64,000 nt of DNA from Botryllus schlosseri (GCA_051294905.1 CM119372.1:12526001-12590000), one strand, 5' to 3'. Positions 35,401-50,400 are shown, counted from the first letter of the stretch. The notes: generated by a model not told the origin, from the sequence alone. Program-made: numbers and translations.

Positions 35401-38400
35401 AAACATCAAACATACATGCTTTTTACGAAAAGTAACAGCCTTATTGCTGCTTACTTTCGGATACGGTGAATCACGGAGTCTGTTTGGGTCGTAAATGTTG
35501 CGTAGATTTTTCGTCCACGGTCCGACTGCTCTGATGTGCAATTTTAAAGTTTGCTCGTGAGGTGATGACGTCAACGTGAAAGGGTGGTATTCGTTGTGCG
35601 ATTGAGAAAGGCAAGCAATGCGTACCTGGATGAAGCGTTTACGAGTTCATCTATTAGTAAGCTACCTCCAAGAAGCTGTTCGACGTGTTCGCTGTTCGTG
35701 TTTATCTTAGTAAAATATATGTATAATTGTATATTTCTCAGCTATGCAACTTCACGGCCCGATCCCCGAAAGAATAGATAAGATTACCGAGAACCTACAA
35801 TTTGGATAAAGTAGATCCCTACTTTTCATCTATATATAGCTTCTTTTTAGGTCACATACATTCCTACTGTACAGTAATAGACAGTACTCGATGGGGTGAT
35901 TCAGCTCCTTTAGGCCACTAGAGGGTGTTTATGCTGATTGCTTTCTGATTACCTTTACTGCGTGAATATTCCTTTCATTCTGTACTATAGTTAGGGGCGG
36001 CATCGTTTCTGTTCGCTGTTTACATGCCTTAATTCTGTTTTATTGCCTTGTTGTATTCAGATACATTAGCCCACCTTTATGTTAATAAAAGCCTAGGAAC
36101 TGATCGCATTGAGCTGGGTAAGGCGTTCCAATGCAGTGGTTCCCAAGGCAGGCATCAGCGCCCCCTGGGGGCGTTCGCGAGCGTCAATGGGGCGCTGGCC
36201 AGGAAATGGGCGATTGGGGGCACTGGATATAAACTTGGGAGGTAGGGGGCGCTAAGAGTAAAGGGGGCGGTGTAGGTTTAGAAGGCAACTGCTGCATAGT
36301 GTTGAAACGATTGATGAATAAAGCAGCTAAATTCGCAGTAAATATGCAGAATCGATTCATTCAGGGCAATTTAGGGTCGTCTGTCTATTAGGGCTCTTCA
36401 AAGATGACTTTTTTTCTCAAATCGCACTGGCTACTTGATAAAATTGTTAGGTTACCTAATTTAAGCCTACACACCAAATTTGGTTCAATTTCAACCAGTT
36501 GCCGCATTGCTACAGGAGAAGAAAGTTTCTATTTATTATATAGTTCCAGGATATATTCTATTAGAAATTCCTCACTGGATAATCAATCCATTCTGTTATG
36601 TTCCCGAGCATGAAATGATTGAGTGGCTGATTACATTGTAGTGTAAAACAATTTTGAATTCAACTCAAAGTTCTACATATCCAATCATTCGTTCTGGATT
36701 TACAATTAAATCAAATACTCTCATTGGAGTCGGCTTGACTTTTTCGTCGTTGTCCTTCCCCGCTGATATTGGATAGATCGCGTTGTCAGTGCTGTGACTG
36801 TAACTTTTAGAATGAGATTGTTATTATCAAAACTCAAACCCCGTATGACGAAGATAATGATAATAATACACCAGCTTCATCCATCTCATTATTAGCTATA
36901 ATAAATGCAGAGCAATTTTCGTTTTATGATTTAGGAGTGGTGAGGGGGTTTCGGGGGGCGTCTGGCACATCATCCGTTGTCCAGGGGGACGGTAGGCCGA
37001 AAAAGTTTAAGAAACACTGGTTAACTGTTAACATATATTTCCGCGAACAAATCAGCAAGCCGGATTCAGCAATCATTCATACCCATTGCCCTGCTTTGTA
37101 GTCGAATGTCGACGGCTTTTTGAATTCGAGATAAGTAACATGCGACGGGAGAAGCTCCGCTCTCATGACGGAAATTTCAGACTTGTTGCGGCTGATGCTG
37201 TAGAGCTTGTCGAGCGTATAAAGTACCGCCGGGCCCAAGAAGAAGTAGTAAAAGAACGGGCGCTGGAGATAAAAGTAATACTCGGTGTGAGCCACCAGTT
37301 GGTGTCAATGGTATTTAGAAAGGTGTGTGATATCTAGTCAGGTAAACATGCCTAACTTCACCCACCTGCACCAAATAGCCGCTGCCGTGCAGAACCATAA
37401 AAATATACAAGAGAATGTATCCGTAGCTGTGAGTCCACCAAAACCAACGAAATACCCAAAGTCTCGCGTGGTCGCTAGCGAATACGTACCTGAAATGTTC
37501 AGATTTGCATATCGATGAGAGGGTCTCACGTAAAGGATTTACGATTGAATCGAAACGGAAATAGAATACAGAAACGGAATTATTCATGTCTTTAATCTAA
37601 TCAAATGGTATTCGCTAGGGATGGTGTGAACGTGAGGTTTACGTTCGCGTTCTGTGTGTGAATGTGAATCCCACATATTTAGAGGTTCACGTTCACAAAT
37701 GAGCCTTGTGCACTTCATTCAACTTCGGGCCACTCTATGCAAGGCGCTGGCAGCATAACAAAACAATAAACATTAAACGAGCATGCATGCACCTTGCCAA
37801 AAATTTTAATGGCTTTGGTTTGCTCGAAATATTCAGTTTTCCGTTTGTGAATATTTAGCGACTCTCTGCTGTGAGCTTGACCCCCCAATCACACAACATC
37901 AAGAACCAGATGTACTACATGTATGTAGTCAACGAATGATGCTTATTCAATCAAACAGTACATTTATTGTAAAGAATACGTCGTAGTCTAATATAAAAAA
38001 AATCCAGCATCATGGTATTAACCTTGATTTAATATGTTTATTCAGACATAAAAATAAAATGTGTGCGATGGGGGTGTTGGCTAGACTACTGTTTAACTTG
38101 TTTATGTGGTAATCTTAGTAGCACGTATAGTAACCCCAATCTGCTCACTATCAATGTAGCAATAGTCAGACGCCGAATACATTGTCCGGTCTATCATCGA
38201 CCGGTAAGGCCTGAGCTTATAATCCCTTGCAAGTCCTCGTCGAAATTGTTGGCAAAGCGACGGAAGATAATGATTTTATGGAATTAATATAGCATTTGAT
38301 GGCTTCAGTTGATACATTTGGTGACGTTTAAAAAGTCAGCATTGTGGCATAATATGGCCTGAGTCGTCGCTAGGTATCTTGTATAGCACTCCACTGAAAT

Positions 38401-41400
38401 ATATAGAGTTGGAATTAGCAATATGACGTCATGCGACTTCAAGGTTCACGTTTGCGTTCATAAAGAACATTTCAAAAAGATTTGCGTTCACACGAACCTG
38501 AACCTTTTTCGAGGGTTCGCACCATCCCTAGATTCGTGACATATTTCCTCATTTATATGTCGAATCTTATGTTCGGATTCAACTATATGAAGTCGGGCTA
38601 GGCCAGGATTGATATATAGTCACATAAGAATTGTTGAAACCATTTGATAATTAACATAATATTTATTTTCCTTATACGTTGATATCAGCCGTACTCACGC
38701 ATAAGCTACAGTTTAGTAGCTGAGACCTAATAAGGTTCTGCTTCAAATCAGTTTTTTCCGTTGATATATTATTTTACTATCACCGTTTTGATTTTATTGA
38801 TTATTTTGGTTTTTTCAAATTTTCCGACGAGATGCGTGAATGTGGTTTATTATCGGACAATCATGTGCATTTTATATTAACCGGGGATAGGATTTCGTCA
38901 CCGGCACCAGTATTCTTCGGCTATTTGACAGACAGAGTGAAAAAGAGCAACGAGCGGCAGTCAATCAATATGAAAGTATTTTTGCTGTGGATAGTTAGTT
39001 GTCTGCGACATTTCCGAAGCACTTGTGGGGTACCGAAAAGGAAGCGAAATCCGGAGTCTCTATCGAAAGATTCCCTCATCTCTGATGCCTAAGCGTTGCA
39101 AAACTATTATGGATGGTCCTGATTTGACTCAACATATTTCCTCGCTACTAGAACAGATCAGCAATGAATCTAGCGACCCATCATTACCACATAGGCTAAA
39201 CGTTTTCAGCTATCATTATCATATAGGTTAAACGTTTTCAGCTATGTGGATGATGATTCACAGTACAACATTATTAAAGTTTAAGCGTAATCCTTCATCC
39301 CCTTGATTGGAATAGTCGTCATCCACCCCATTTTCTTTTGTTCGTATTGTTGTTATTACGAGTAAAATAAAAACAATAAAATAAAAAAAATCATGATTTG
39401 AATTATTTATTCGATTAAAATCGATTTTACTCGGGGGTAAAATGATTTTACCCGGAACCTACTGAGACCTACTACCAGTCGGCAATAAAGCTGCTCTAAT
39501 ATCCTGAATGTTGCGAAAATCTATAAACGACGGAGCACAGTGCACAAACTTACATCGTAATGACAACCAGGGTAGCAAGGATGCCTGTAAATCCCGTGAT
39601 CGTTTGCCAAGCCCAGTAATGGAATTTAGGCAGCTCATCGCTGGTGCGCCAGTAATCCGGGAAAAGGCAGCTCAAATCGCTGGACGGTTGTGTGGCTATG
39701 GAGTAGAAGTTGATCGAGTGTCCGAAGATATGAATAACTGTTGAAATCGACAAATATTGCAACAGCCATGGTAACATAGAAGCCACGCTGTCGCGAACCT
39801 GTGAATATCATTGCTTGCCATGCGATGTATCGGTGCATCGACACGGCGGCGTCAAACGGTATGTAGCGATTGAGGAAGGTTTCTCTTAGGAAGGTGATGG
39901 TGTTTCTGCTCATGGTCACGAGAAGGCATGAATACGTGAACATCATTCCGGACGCGGCGCCACGAGTAAACGAAACTCCGTAGCCACAGATTCGACGGAG
40001 CCCGCCGTGTTCTCTTTCAACAGAGTAATCTGCGTCATAGGCAACAATTTAAGGATATCATTGGGTACGGCAAGGGTTCTTGACCTGGTGCACGCGGACT
40101 AGTTTTAATCTGTCCACGGAAGGGAAATCTTAAAATCACAACTAACTACATTATTCATATTTTTTTCAATCTTTCTTTTTGAATTATGCCCATATTTTGT
40201 CTTATTTCCAGTGCTCACCACAGGTAGGGTTACCATGCGCCCTCTTCCAAGAGGATGTGTCCTCTTTTTTTACTTTTATGAAAGTGTCCTCGGAGGACGC
40301 CGAAATGTCCTCTTTTTTGAGATTTTGTCTTCTTTTTAAGAATTTTGGTTACAGGGCAAAATTCTACTGAGGTACAGTAAATCTGCACTGAAGTAACTCT
40401 CCGGTGGCTACTTCGGGAGCTGGGACGGAAAGTTGACCTTTTTTGTCAACTAACTGATGATGTGAAAGAGAAACTGTATTTTGGGAGCTGAGATCGAAAG
40501 TTGACCTTTTTTCTTTAGTCAACCGACCACGAAGTGCAAAAAATTTACCATTTTTACGGATTTTCCTCCTGTATTGCAAGTCTGAAAATTTTGAAAAAGT
40601 GTCCTCTCTTCACATTTCCAAAATGTGGTAACCCTAACCACAGGTCACAACAGCGACACGGACGAAACGAATAGTCGAGAACACTAATAACTGTACTCCA
40701 ACTTGCATTCGATCAGCGAGAAGGGCTGGGTGAAAGTGGTGACTTTATTTAGTCATTACCAGGCCGTATTATGTTTGGCATATTATGAATCATACTCCGA
40801 AATAATAGTACATACTGAGCGTTTCATCCCGCGTGGAACGAGATGCCGAAAGAGTTCTTATACTTACAATAAACCCTTTCCGCGAATATCGCCCAAGCCA
40901 CCAGCGTGTACAACGTCAGCCAGTAGATGTGCATTCGATAATTCCGGATGTATTTTTGAAAGGCGATCATTCGTGACTCGAACTGCGACGGCTCTTTCTT
41001 CTCCAATTCTTGGAGGCGGATGGCGACAGTATTACGTCTTGCGAATGCCCCGCGAGAAGTCGACTGCTCTGAGCGATCGTTGGTCGCCACAGATCTAAGG
41101 ATATATGCCGATACATATATGTGGAATATACAACAAAACGCAGGCGTGGCGGAGGCGTATACACGTACGTACAGCTTCTGATAATTATTATCACTTAATA
41201 GAAGGACCATGGCGTTATGGAGGTCATGTTAAACGTCTGTAACACGTTTTGCTACGCGGAGATGATAATGGGCAATTATTACACTGGTCAACACATATTT
41301 TTAGGCAGTCAAAGTAAGGGTGGTTGGGGGGTTTTCAAGCGCATTTATTCCGAATATGACCTTAGTTTTTTTCAAATTGGCTCTTGTTTTGGGGGGCTAT

Positions 41401-44400
41401 TTTCACTAAAATCGCGTAACTCCTCTGTATGGGCTGGAATCGGTGTTGCCCAAACTCTTTTGAGCTAGCACATCCCTGGACAACGGCTAGATCTAGAGTG
41501 TCAGCGCCCCCCCCCCGACTCCCCCTGACCACGCCTAAATCAAACGAAAGTTGTTCTGCATTTATTACAGCTAATTATGAGACGGGTCAAGCTGGTGTAT
41601 TATTATGATCACCCTCGTCGCATTGGGTTTGAGTTTTGATAAGAACAATCTATTTCGAAAATCTCCAGTCACCAGGTTCCGTACTGTGAAGTCGGTTTCT
41701 GCTGCGAGTCAGAAACCTTGTCACGGCTTTTAAAACACGTTCTATTAGTATTAAATATGATCGAGGAAAGGCAGCGGCACAAAACTCGACCCGATTCTAA
41801 TGAGAGTATGTCGCCATGATTTAATTGTGTATCCTATCCACAACGAATAATTGGATATATTGAACTTCAGTTTGAACTCAAAACTGTTCTACCTCTGACA
41901 CTATAATCTAACGCGAAACAATAACTTCATATTGTTAATTTATTCGCTAAAAGCTTTTCGACTGACTCTCATCAGTAGCGAACGTCAGTAATAGGGTGAA
42001 TCAAATTCAAAATGTAGAAACTATTTTGTCTGTATGACGTAATATTAACAAAAACAAACAATTAGTAGACAAGCAAGATACGTTAGCAACGATACAAAAC
42101 AAACGTATCTACAATCCTGGAATATTTCATTAATGTTATGTGTTGTTGTTTCCAGTTATTTATAACTGAATATGTACTCGTTAACGTTTGTTTTGTATCG
42201 TTACTATACCGTATATAGAAAAGTCGATTATAACTTGACAATGTTGATCCTGCCATTCAATGGACTAATTTAGCAGTCGGTAGCGCGGTAGGGGGTAGGG
42301 GTGTAGGGGGCGCTACGAGTAAACGGGGGCGGTGTAGGTTTGGAAGGCAACTGCTGCGTAGTGTTGAAACGACTGATGAATAAAGCAGCTGAATTCGCAG
42401 CAATATTCAGAATCGATTCATTCAGGGCAATTTAGGATCGTCCGTCTATCTCAGTGGTTCTTATCCTTGCCCCCAGCGCCGCCCAAGGGGCGCTGGCGAT
42501 TTTGAAGGGGGCGGAAACGCTCAGGGGGCGATATGGGGGGCGCTGGGCTCAGGGGGGCGGTATGGGGGGCGCTGGAGAAAAATGGCTTCGCAGTAGATGA
42601 TGTGGTGGTAGGACATATCCTTAATGAGTATTCAGAGCAAATTAACACCGAAAACTTCGTTATAGCCTTCAAAATACAAATAGTTTTATTTGTCCATGGG
42701 CGCCTAAATGACTGGCACCGAATGTTGCTGTCTTGGCAATCTGAACCCCAGAAGGCGAATTCCATCTGACAGAGAAAAATTATATGCCAGTGAATAAATA
42801 CCAATTTGAAATCGTGTGCGTCTTTTAGTTTAGTACGATTTGGCGACAGGGATATTCCTGTTGAGCGATATCCCCGTTGGGCGATATCCCCGTTGGGCGA
42901 TCCCCGTTTTTGATATAGCAGACAGGAGGTCACGAAATAACATCATGCAACGAAGTCATACCAACGGGTTCGCCCGCCCGAATATGTTTAATTATTAGTT
43001 ACGGGCCCTACAGTTTCCAAGACACCTCACAATGTTCGCTTTAAGTTTTGATGAGTCTGCGCACACTCAACAACTCACTGCGCTGACCCTTGGACAACAG
43101 TGCGTAACGACTAAAAAAAGGTCATAACTTCTGATTTGTTGTGCGCAACGTAGATTTTCTGTGCGCAGCGACCGTGTCGGCACTGCGCACGTGCGCAGCT
43201 TAGAGGGAACATTGTACCGCACTCAGCTCTACCGGTAAATCTGGTAACGTGAGCAGAGAGGACAAGAAATTGATAGCAATATATATGCAATCCTCGATCT
43301 TAGCCTACTGTCCGATTCTAGTATGATATCGACAGTTTTCGCGCTTCGCAAAGGCACGCTAAACAGTACAGCTGATTCCGCGGCAAAAGCGAACAACGTG
43401 ATGGGGGGCGGTCGGTTTACCACCCTATGGGAGCCCAAGACCCAAGTTTTTTCGGGGGCCTGACGAAGTGCCGTTTCGTTCCTGCCAACGGGTATACACC
43501 CGAAGATGTATGATTATTATTGAGAGGTCCTACCTTTTCAATCACACATCACTCAGCTTTACCGGTAAATCTGTTTACGTGAGCAGAGAGAGGATAAAAA
43601 TTGATCTCAATATGCATGCAATTCCCGATCATATTGACCAATTCAATCATTAATTAGTGAAATGTTTCGCGCTTCGCGCGTCTAAGCGAGAATAGCTGCC
43701 TCAGTAAATGGACGCCCAATGTAGATGACTATTATCAGCAAATATCGGACAGCCGAATGGGGGTCTGGGGGCGAAGCCCCCCGGAAGTTTGGTTTATCAC
43801 CCGATGGGGACTCAAGACCAACGTTTTTTGTTGGGGGGGGCTGACGAAGTGCTGTTACGGCCCTGGTAACGAATTAATTGTACCTACGGGCACGCCCGAA
43901 TAAGTTTAATTATTAATTACGTGCCCTTTATTTTCCTGTACACCAGCTCACTCCGCGCTGCTGGTAAATCTGATTACGTGGGCTGAGAGGATAAAAAGTT
44001 TATAGCGACTTATATATGTAAATACCACCTATTCATTAAAGCATTATAGAAAATTTTGGTACCTAGGGCGAACAGGCCACACAAACTTTGCTGACCATCG
44101 AAATCACGCTATGGGGTTCTTGGGGGCGAAGTCCTCAGAAGTTTGGTTTATCACGCTATGGGTGCACAAGGCAATCGTTTTTAGGGGGATTGACGAAGTG
44201 CTGTTGCGGCCCTCCCTCTTACTCATTGTCTTTATTACATTCCTTATAATATGAGGTTGGGGGGCGCTGGAGCACGATAATTTTTGAAAGGGGGCGCTGG
44301 AGGAAAAAAGGTTAAGAACCACTGGTCTATCTACTCAGCCGTTCCAGAAAAGTCCATTGTTACTTAACAATGTGGATCCTGCCTTTCAATGGAGTAATTC

Positions 44401-47400
44401 AGCAGTCGGCAGTATACCTGAAAACCGTGGTTCATTGTGTGCTTTCAGAACTACGAAGTATTTAAGCAATTATTGCTCACTACAAGGTGTGATGGCATTT
44501 TACGAGACACTGTCTTGTGTGATTTTATCCTCTGTGTCAAACGATCGTGGATTTTCCACAGCGCTTTCGTCACGGCGCGACACGTGGCCTTCGTCACAGC
44601 GTTCTGGTTGCGAGAAACGATATCGCGTCTACTTGACGGGCATATTTTGCAAAATTTATGAGAGGAATATATCCGGTCTTGGTAATAGTGAAACCATTGC
44701 CCTTACTCGCTCATATTTGATAGATCGTGTTGTCAGTGCTGTGACTGTAAATTTTAGAATGAGATTGTTCTTATCAAAACTCGAACCCAATATGACGAGG
44801 ATGATGATAATATTATAATAATGCACCCGCAGCTTCATCAGTCTCATTATTAACTATAATAAATGCAGAACAACTTTCGTTTTATGATTTAGGCGTGGTT
44901 AGGGGTGTCGGGGGGGGGGGGGGCAGGCACTTCATTCGTTGTCCAGGGGGGCGGTAGCTCAAAAAAGTTTGGGTACCACTGTTCTAGAGCTATGCTATGG
45001 TATGAGTTTCGGTATTTAGATAAATGGACATAAATTGGATTTATGTAAGGTTTTCATCGGATAGGGCGATTCAGAGGGAGAGGAGGGAGATATGGTTGTG
45101 CATGATCTGTATTTAATCTCCTCCTTTTTCATATATAATAATAAAAGTGCATGTAATTGACTTTGAAAGTCGATAAGCTTAGTTCAGACTCTCTGGATTT
45201 AGGACGTGATATATTTTCGAGCACGTGGATGTTTTTGCGCCATATACACTGACTCATGATATAAATACATTCCATCCGTGCATATGCATACCATGACTGC
45301 GTGATGAACAATTGTATAGGTGCCGCTAGACATGGAAGATGCAGAAATAGCTTTGTAAGGCTTTATAAGTCTTGCACCATCCTGGAAATGCTGAGCGCCA
45401 AGCGGGAAAGTCACGGATACCAGTTTACTGATTGGGTCTTTGGTCTGACCGGGCTGGGGGATTGAACCACTGACTAATGGGCCGCTATAACCAACCTTGG
45501 CACATCTGCGCGACAGCACCAATGAGAACGCCGTATCATGCATACAAATGTACGTACAGACGGTGAGGTCAATGTCAAAGAAACGATCAAGTTGTTCTAA
45601 GTACGGTATGATGACATCATTCGAAACCAACGCACTTCGCAATGTTTTCTCTGGCCGTTCGTCTTGCTCTGTGAATCCTGGTCTCCCGATTTCGCGAGAT
45701 AGCTGCCCGACCGGTGCCGTTATTTGATGCAGGCCCTTCTGTAACACGAGAAGGAATATTGTTGTAACAGTCAGGAGTTCCGTTATCGACATTTGCTGGT
45801 TTGTCATATAAAGCCACTTTACCACATCGTGTATTGCTCGCAGTTGAAAAAATCAAGTCTGTCATGCGTACCAGCTATGCATGACGATGACCATACCTTC
45901 GATGATTTGGTAGTCGTCTAATTCGTCCGTGTACTGGCTCATGATGGTTTGAAAATCGTCGAGAGTTAACTGCGTCTTATGCTGGAGTCCGTGGGTTCTC
46001 AGAAGTTCTTGCACCAAGCCGTCGATTGTCGACGTGTTCATGTTTGTATCCACCATATCCATCGTTGACCTGGAATGGTACCACTGTCGTTACAGTCGGA
46101 AACAAATGTCATACTTGAAGTATGGTATTTTGTAATTATATCGTGAGTTTTTTTCGTCAGGTATAAAAGTATGGTTAAATGCATGTTTCAAGGCGTATAA
46201 ACTGACAATATGTACGCTGCAAAACTGCAAAATGCTCGTGTTGAAGTATTTACCATTAAAAGTAAGGAAGGTAGTAAGTATACCAGCGAATGATTCATCC
46301 TATGTGACAACTGCCCAGTGCCCACAATGATGGGTCAAAATACGGATATGCATCCCCGCAAATAGACCTACAGTTTTCATAGGTAGGTTGTGATCAGTGG
46401 TGGCCCTACGATTGGGGGGGGGGGCTATAAGTTTGTAATGGCAGCTTCTGGTGAGCTCCGCCCCTCAGACCACCCTTTCGCGTCTATTGGTACCAACTTA
46501 ATATTAGTGCGCCATATGGAACGGGATTACGTCATGTGAATGTACACACTATAACACGGGTTTGAAGTAGTCTGGAATGTTGAATTACTTTAGCTCGAGA
46601 GCCTTCTTTTATCATACATTGTCAAATTATAAAATAAGTGAACCATTTAACTATAGCTCATGCCTTTATGTTGAAGATTTATGGCATATAGCGCAATCTT
46701 ATGGAATAGCGATACAACTGCTACAGGCTAAATGGACCCACACTAATCTGGAAAGCTACCGCCTGACATTAGTAACGAGCCAGCACACCACGTCAAGGTT
46801 TGAGCCAGGCACTGGATTAGGTCATATCTATTATTGCATGGTTGCAAAGGATAGGTCGCATCAAAACCAAGTACCTCTACCGCATGCAGAGACTTGATGA
46901 TTATCGGGATATGGGACTTTTCTAACAAATGCAGAGATTTGATGATTGACCAAAGAGGGGGGCCCTTCGACCAGGGGGCGGACAGCCCACCTCGCTCACC
47001 CCAAAAGCCACCACTGTTTGTGATTTCCGAACTAACTTCAGAAAGAGTGCTTTACACCTGCGTTATTCTGTGTGATTTTCCATAAACTTCTTTTATGCTT
47101 AACTTCAGTTGTTGCAAATATTTGTGATATATATGACACTACAAAAATAAATTCGTGTGGGCTATGGCGCTTACTCGAGCATCATCCGAAACTCGTCCAT
47201 CGTCAGCTTTCCTGACTGATCCACGTCGTACATGTTGAACATTAAGCTTGCTTTTTCCTTGGCATCACCTGTTAATGGCAAACGACTCAGATCAATATGT
47301 GTCGAAGCTTATTGAATGTCAAATGATAATCACGAAAGAGATCACGAAACCGATATTTCCGAAGATATGCTTCAAGCTCGTGGCGATTGAACGGCGTTAA

Positions 47401-50400
47401 CGAAAATTCAGACTTGTACAATGTACAATGCAGTCATACATGTAACTACTGTTCACTCGAATGATTTTGTGTCCCTCCGCATTACTCACATTTGTTCGCA
47501 ATTACTTAGGGATCAGAATTGTTTCATATATGTACTAACAGCATCATAATGCTGGATACATCGCCAATTTCAAGCTTTGGAGTGCGGGAAACTCGATATG
47601 GGGATGAGAGTGGCAAGCTAGCAACTATATTTTGGTTTAGGAATAATCTTTTCCTCATTCTTATCATCTAGATGTCGGTGATTCCCGACAACGTCGGGTT
47701 TTTAAACAAGGTGAAGAAGGGATGTTTGATGTCAAGTTTGACGAGCTCGAAAGTGCCGAATGCGACTATATTTCATGTCGCATTGCGCCGCAAATTCGCT
47801 TCGTCGGACAAACCTTTCGTAAATATCCACATTACGCTCATGAATTCCCGGTAGTTAATGAAACCACTCCCGTCCCTGTCTGCCGTTTGAAACATTTGAT
47901 CCACGAACAGACTATCGGGTCTCAATTTCAGGTAGTCCGCAAGTTCTTGTTTGCTTAGAACAATGTTCGCATACTTGTGTTCATCGTCGGATATCGGTTG
48001 GGACGTTCCAAACTTGTAAACCTATGACGATAAAAACAAGAATACAATAACGGGTTGTTAAACATATAGAATATATATATAATAGTGTATAAGCTTCCAT
48101 CGATGTCGAACACAACCTATTCGATCATGGACAAGATAAGTGAAAATGAATCCGGTCATTATTCCTGTACATTTTACGTATCGGTGTGGATATTCCCAAA
48201 CATATTGCGATGTCACACTTTCCCACCCGTTTCGCGTATTGGCCAAAAAAATTTTCCAGTTCTTCATCGCGTTTTTTCTTCGTCTTTACGGTATTCAGGA
48301 GAACCTTTTCCTTGACCAGCCCCTTGTCTTGTAGTTGTACTCCCTCACGTTCCGAAAATCCCTTGAACTTTTGTTGAAATCTGTGTCTTTCGTTAGAATC
48401 CGCGAAAGTGAGAACCTGTCAATTAAAACCACATGAAATTGTATGACGGCATGTAGGTGTAGTGTATCGTTTACTCGTCATCGTTGGAGATAATACATGT
48501 ATTCTTGAAACAATATATATGTACAAACACTGCTTGGCAAAGCTTACAAGATCGTATGTCTCCGTTTCATCAAGTCTCAAAGCGAGTAAAAATCTTGTTC
48601 GTGTATCGGACTGCATTATTTTCACGGTTCCTCGAAGTGATATCGTACGGAGCTTGGATCCGCGGGCCGATTTTGTTATGATCGCTTTTCCGGGACCCAG
48701 AGAAATCTGGAAGTGAATGTATGTGTCGATTACATCACTGGGTAATCAGGGTGAAGACAGGTGCGTCACAACACAAATGTTGGATTTTGTCGCGTCGTTT
48801 TGTCGTATATGCAACATAAGGTATTCTATACAGAGGTGGTCAAAGTAGTTAGCGTGCTTCTCAAGTAGAAGTAATGCGGTAGGCCTACGTTTCTATCCAA
48901 CTACAAGTCAAAATAGCCATTTCCAAGACATGTCAAAACCACTTCAAGTGGAAGTAAAAATGGTCTGAAAAGTAATTTCAAACAGTAGGGTTCGGTCAAG
49001 GAATCGTACACTCCTACCATGCAGTTAATCGGAAGTGGTTACTTTCGCAACTGCAAGATGCACTTTCGAGACTAATGCAAAATGACTATTGATACTATAC
49101 GAATAGAGGTACAAGTTTCGAAACTCATTGAATTGCTGTGATATAGGGCAGTGGTTCTCAACCACCAGTTCGTGGCAGGTTTCAAGCCGGTCCGTCAAAT
49201 ATATTGGATTTTTTTATCCCAATTCCAAACTGAAAGCTTGACGTTTGTCCGGTATTTAGAGAAATAAAACGTCAATTTTAAAATTGAGTTAGAATCTTGG
49301 AACGCATTTCAGTGCATGGTGTCAGCGTTTATGGTCTGCCTTGGACGTCGGGCAAAATGGTGCAAGTGTTGTGCGAAATTGTCGAAAACTAGACTATGCA
49401 TATCGTTTCGGACAAGTTATATGTGGAAGCTATTGAGACTCATTAATAAACGTTGTTTAATTCTGACAGTCCAATTAAGCGACAATTGTAAGCATAATAG
49501 GAGCTACAGCAAACATAAAAGTAGCATTTCTTTCAAAGGATACCGAACAATCACAATCAAGTTAGTGCTCTTGAACAGGTCTTCGCTAGCTTCGCCTTGT
49601 AAGAAACGTCAATCACACTTCGCAATGCACTCATAATTATCCAATATATGAAAAGCATCATCAAATGGAGTTTCCAGCATTACAATCGACTTGTATACAT
49701 TTGTCGTAAATCGTAATTAAATTTAGGGTTGATTTTGATTTTTTAAGGTTCACTGGTCCGCACCACTTGTTTCAAAGTTTTGCCGATCCGCGGAGCCAAC
49801 AAGGTTGAGAACCCCTGATATAGGAGGTATTTCACTATAGTTTATGACGATTTCACTCTTAAATGCGATGTACACTTATCGAAAAACTACTTTCTACTTT
49901 TTAAGATGCAAATCAGAAAAAGTAAGTAGCTTTGCCTAAAAAGTGTTCAATTATATAGAAGTGGAAATAGTCTACAAAATAACCACTTGAGAAAACACTG
50001 CAAGCAGGGAAAACCTACTTGAGTGCACTCTAATACTAGAAGTACTTTCTTACCGACCACCTCTGTAAATTCAGAGTCGCTGTTAGGACTCTTTCTGAAG
50101 AAGCGACAGAGTTTAGAAATCTAACATGCGGAATTTTTCATACGTTCTGTTCAGTTCAGTTTATTAAGAATTTACATTGCTGGTATTGAGGGGTAACCTG
50201 AATTTGCCGTTCTTCTTCCCCAAGTAATTCATAGAAAATCGCAGTTTCTGGGTTCGCGCCAGAGCCCGCGTGTGCCGCGATTTTTTGGGACTCTTTCCTT
50301 TGCAACATGCTCCTTCGTGCAAGGCAGTATAGTAACATAAGCATGACTGCAATAGACGCAAGAGGGATCGATAAAGAATGAGTAGAGCATAGCGTACTGC

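Noticed and set aside
42451..42933. 160-aa ORF
   Set aside because: Lies in GGGGGCG repeat end of a MITE; no recognisable domain
43838..43865. CTGACGA motifs in GGGCTGACGAAGTG repeats as hammerheads
   Set aside because: No downstream GAAA box or flanking stems
45199..45825. 208-aa ORF
   Set aside because: Overlaps exon 22 in the wrong frame and runs through intron and SINE sequence
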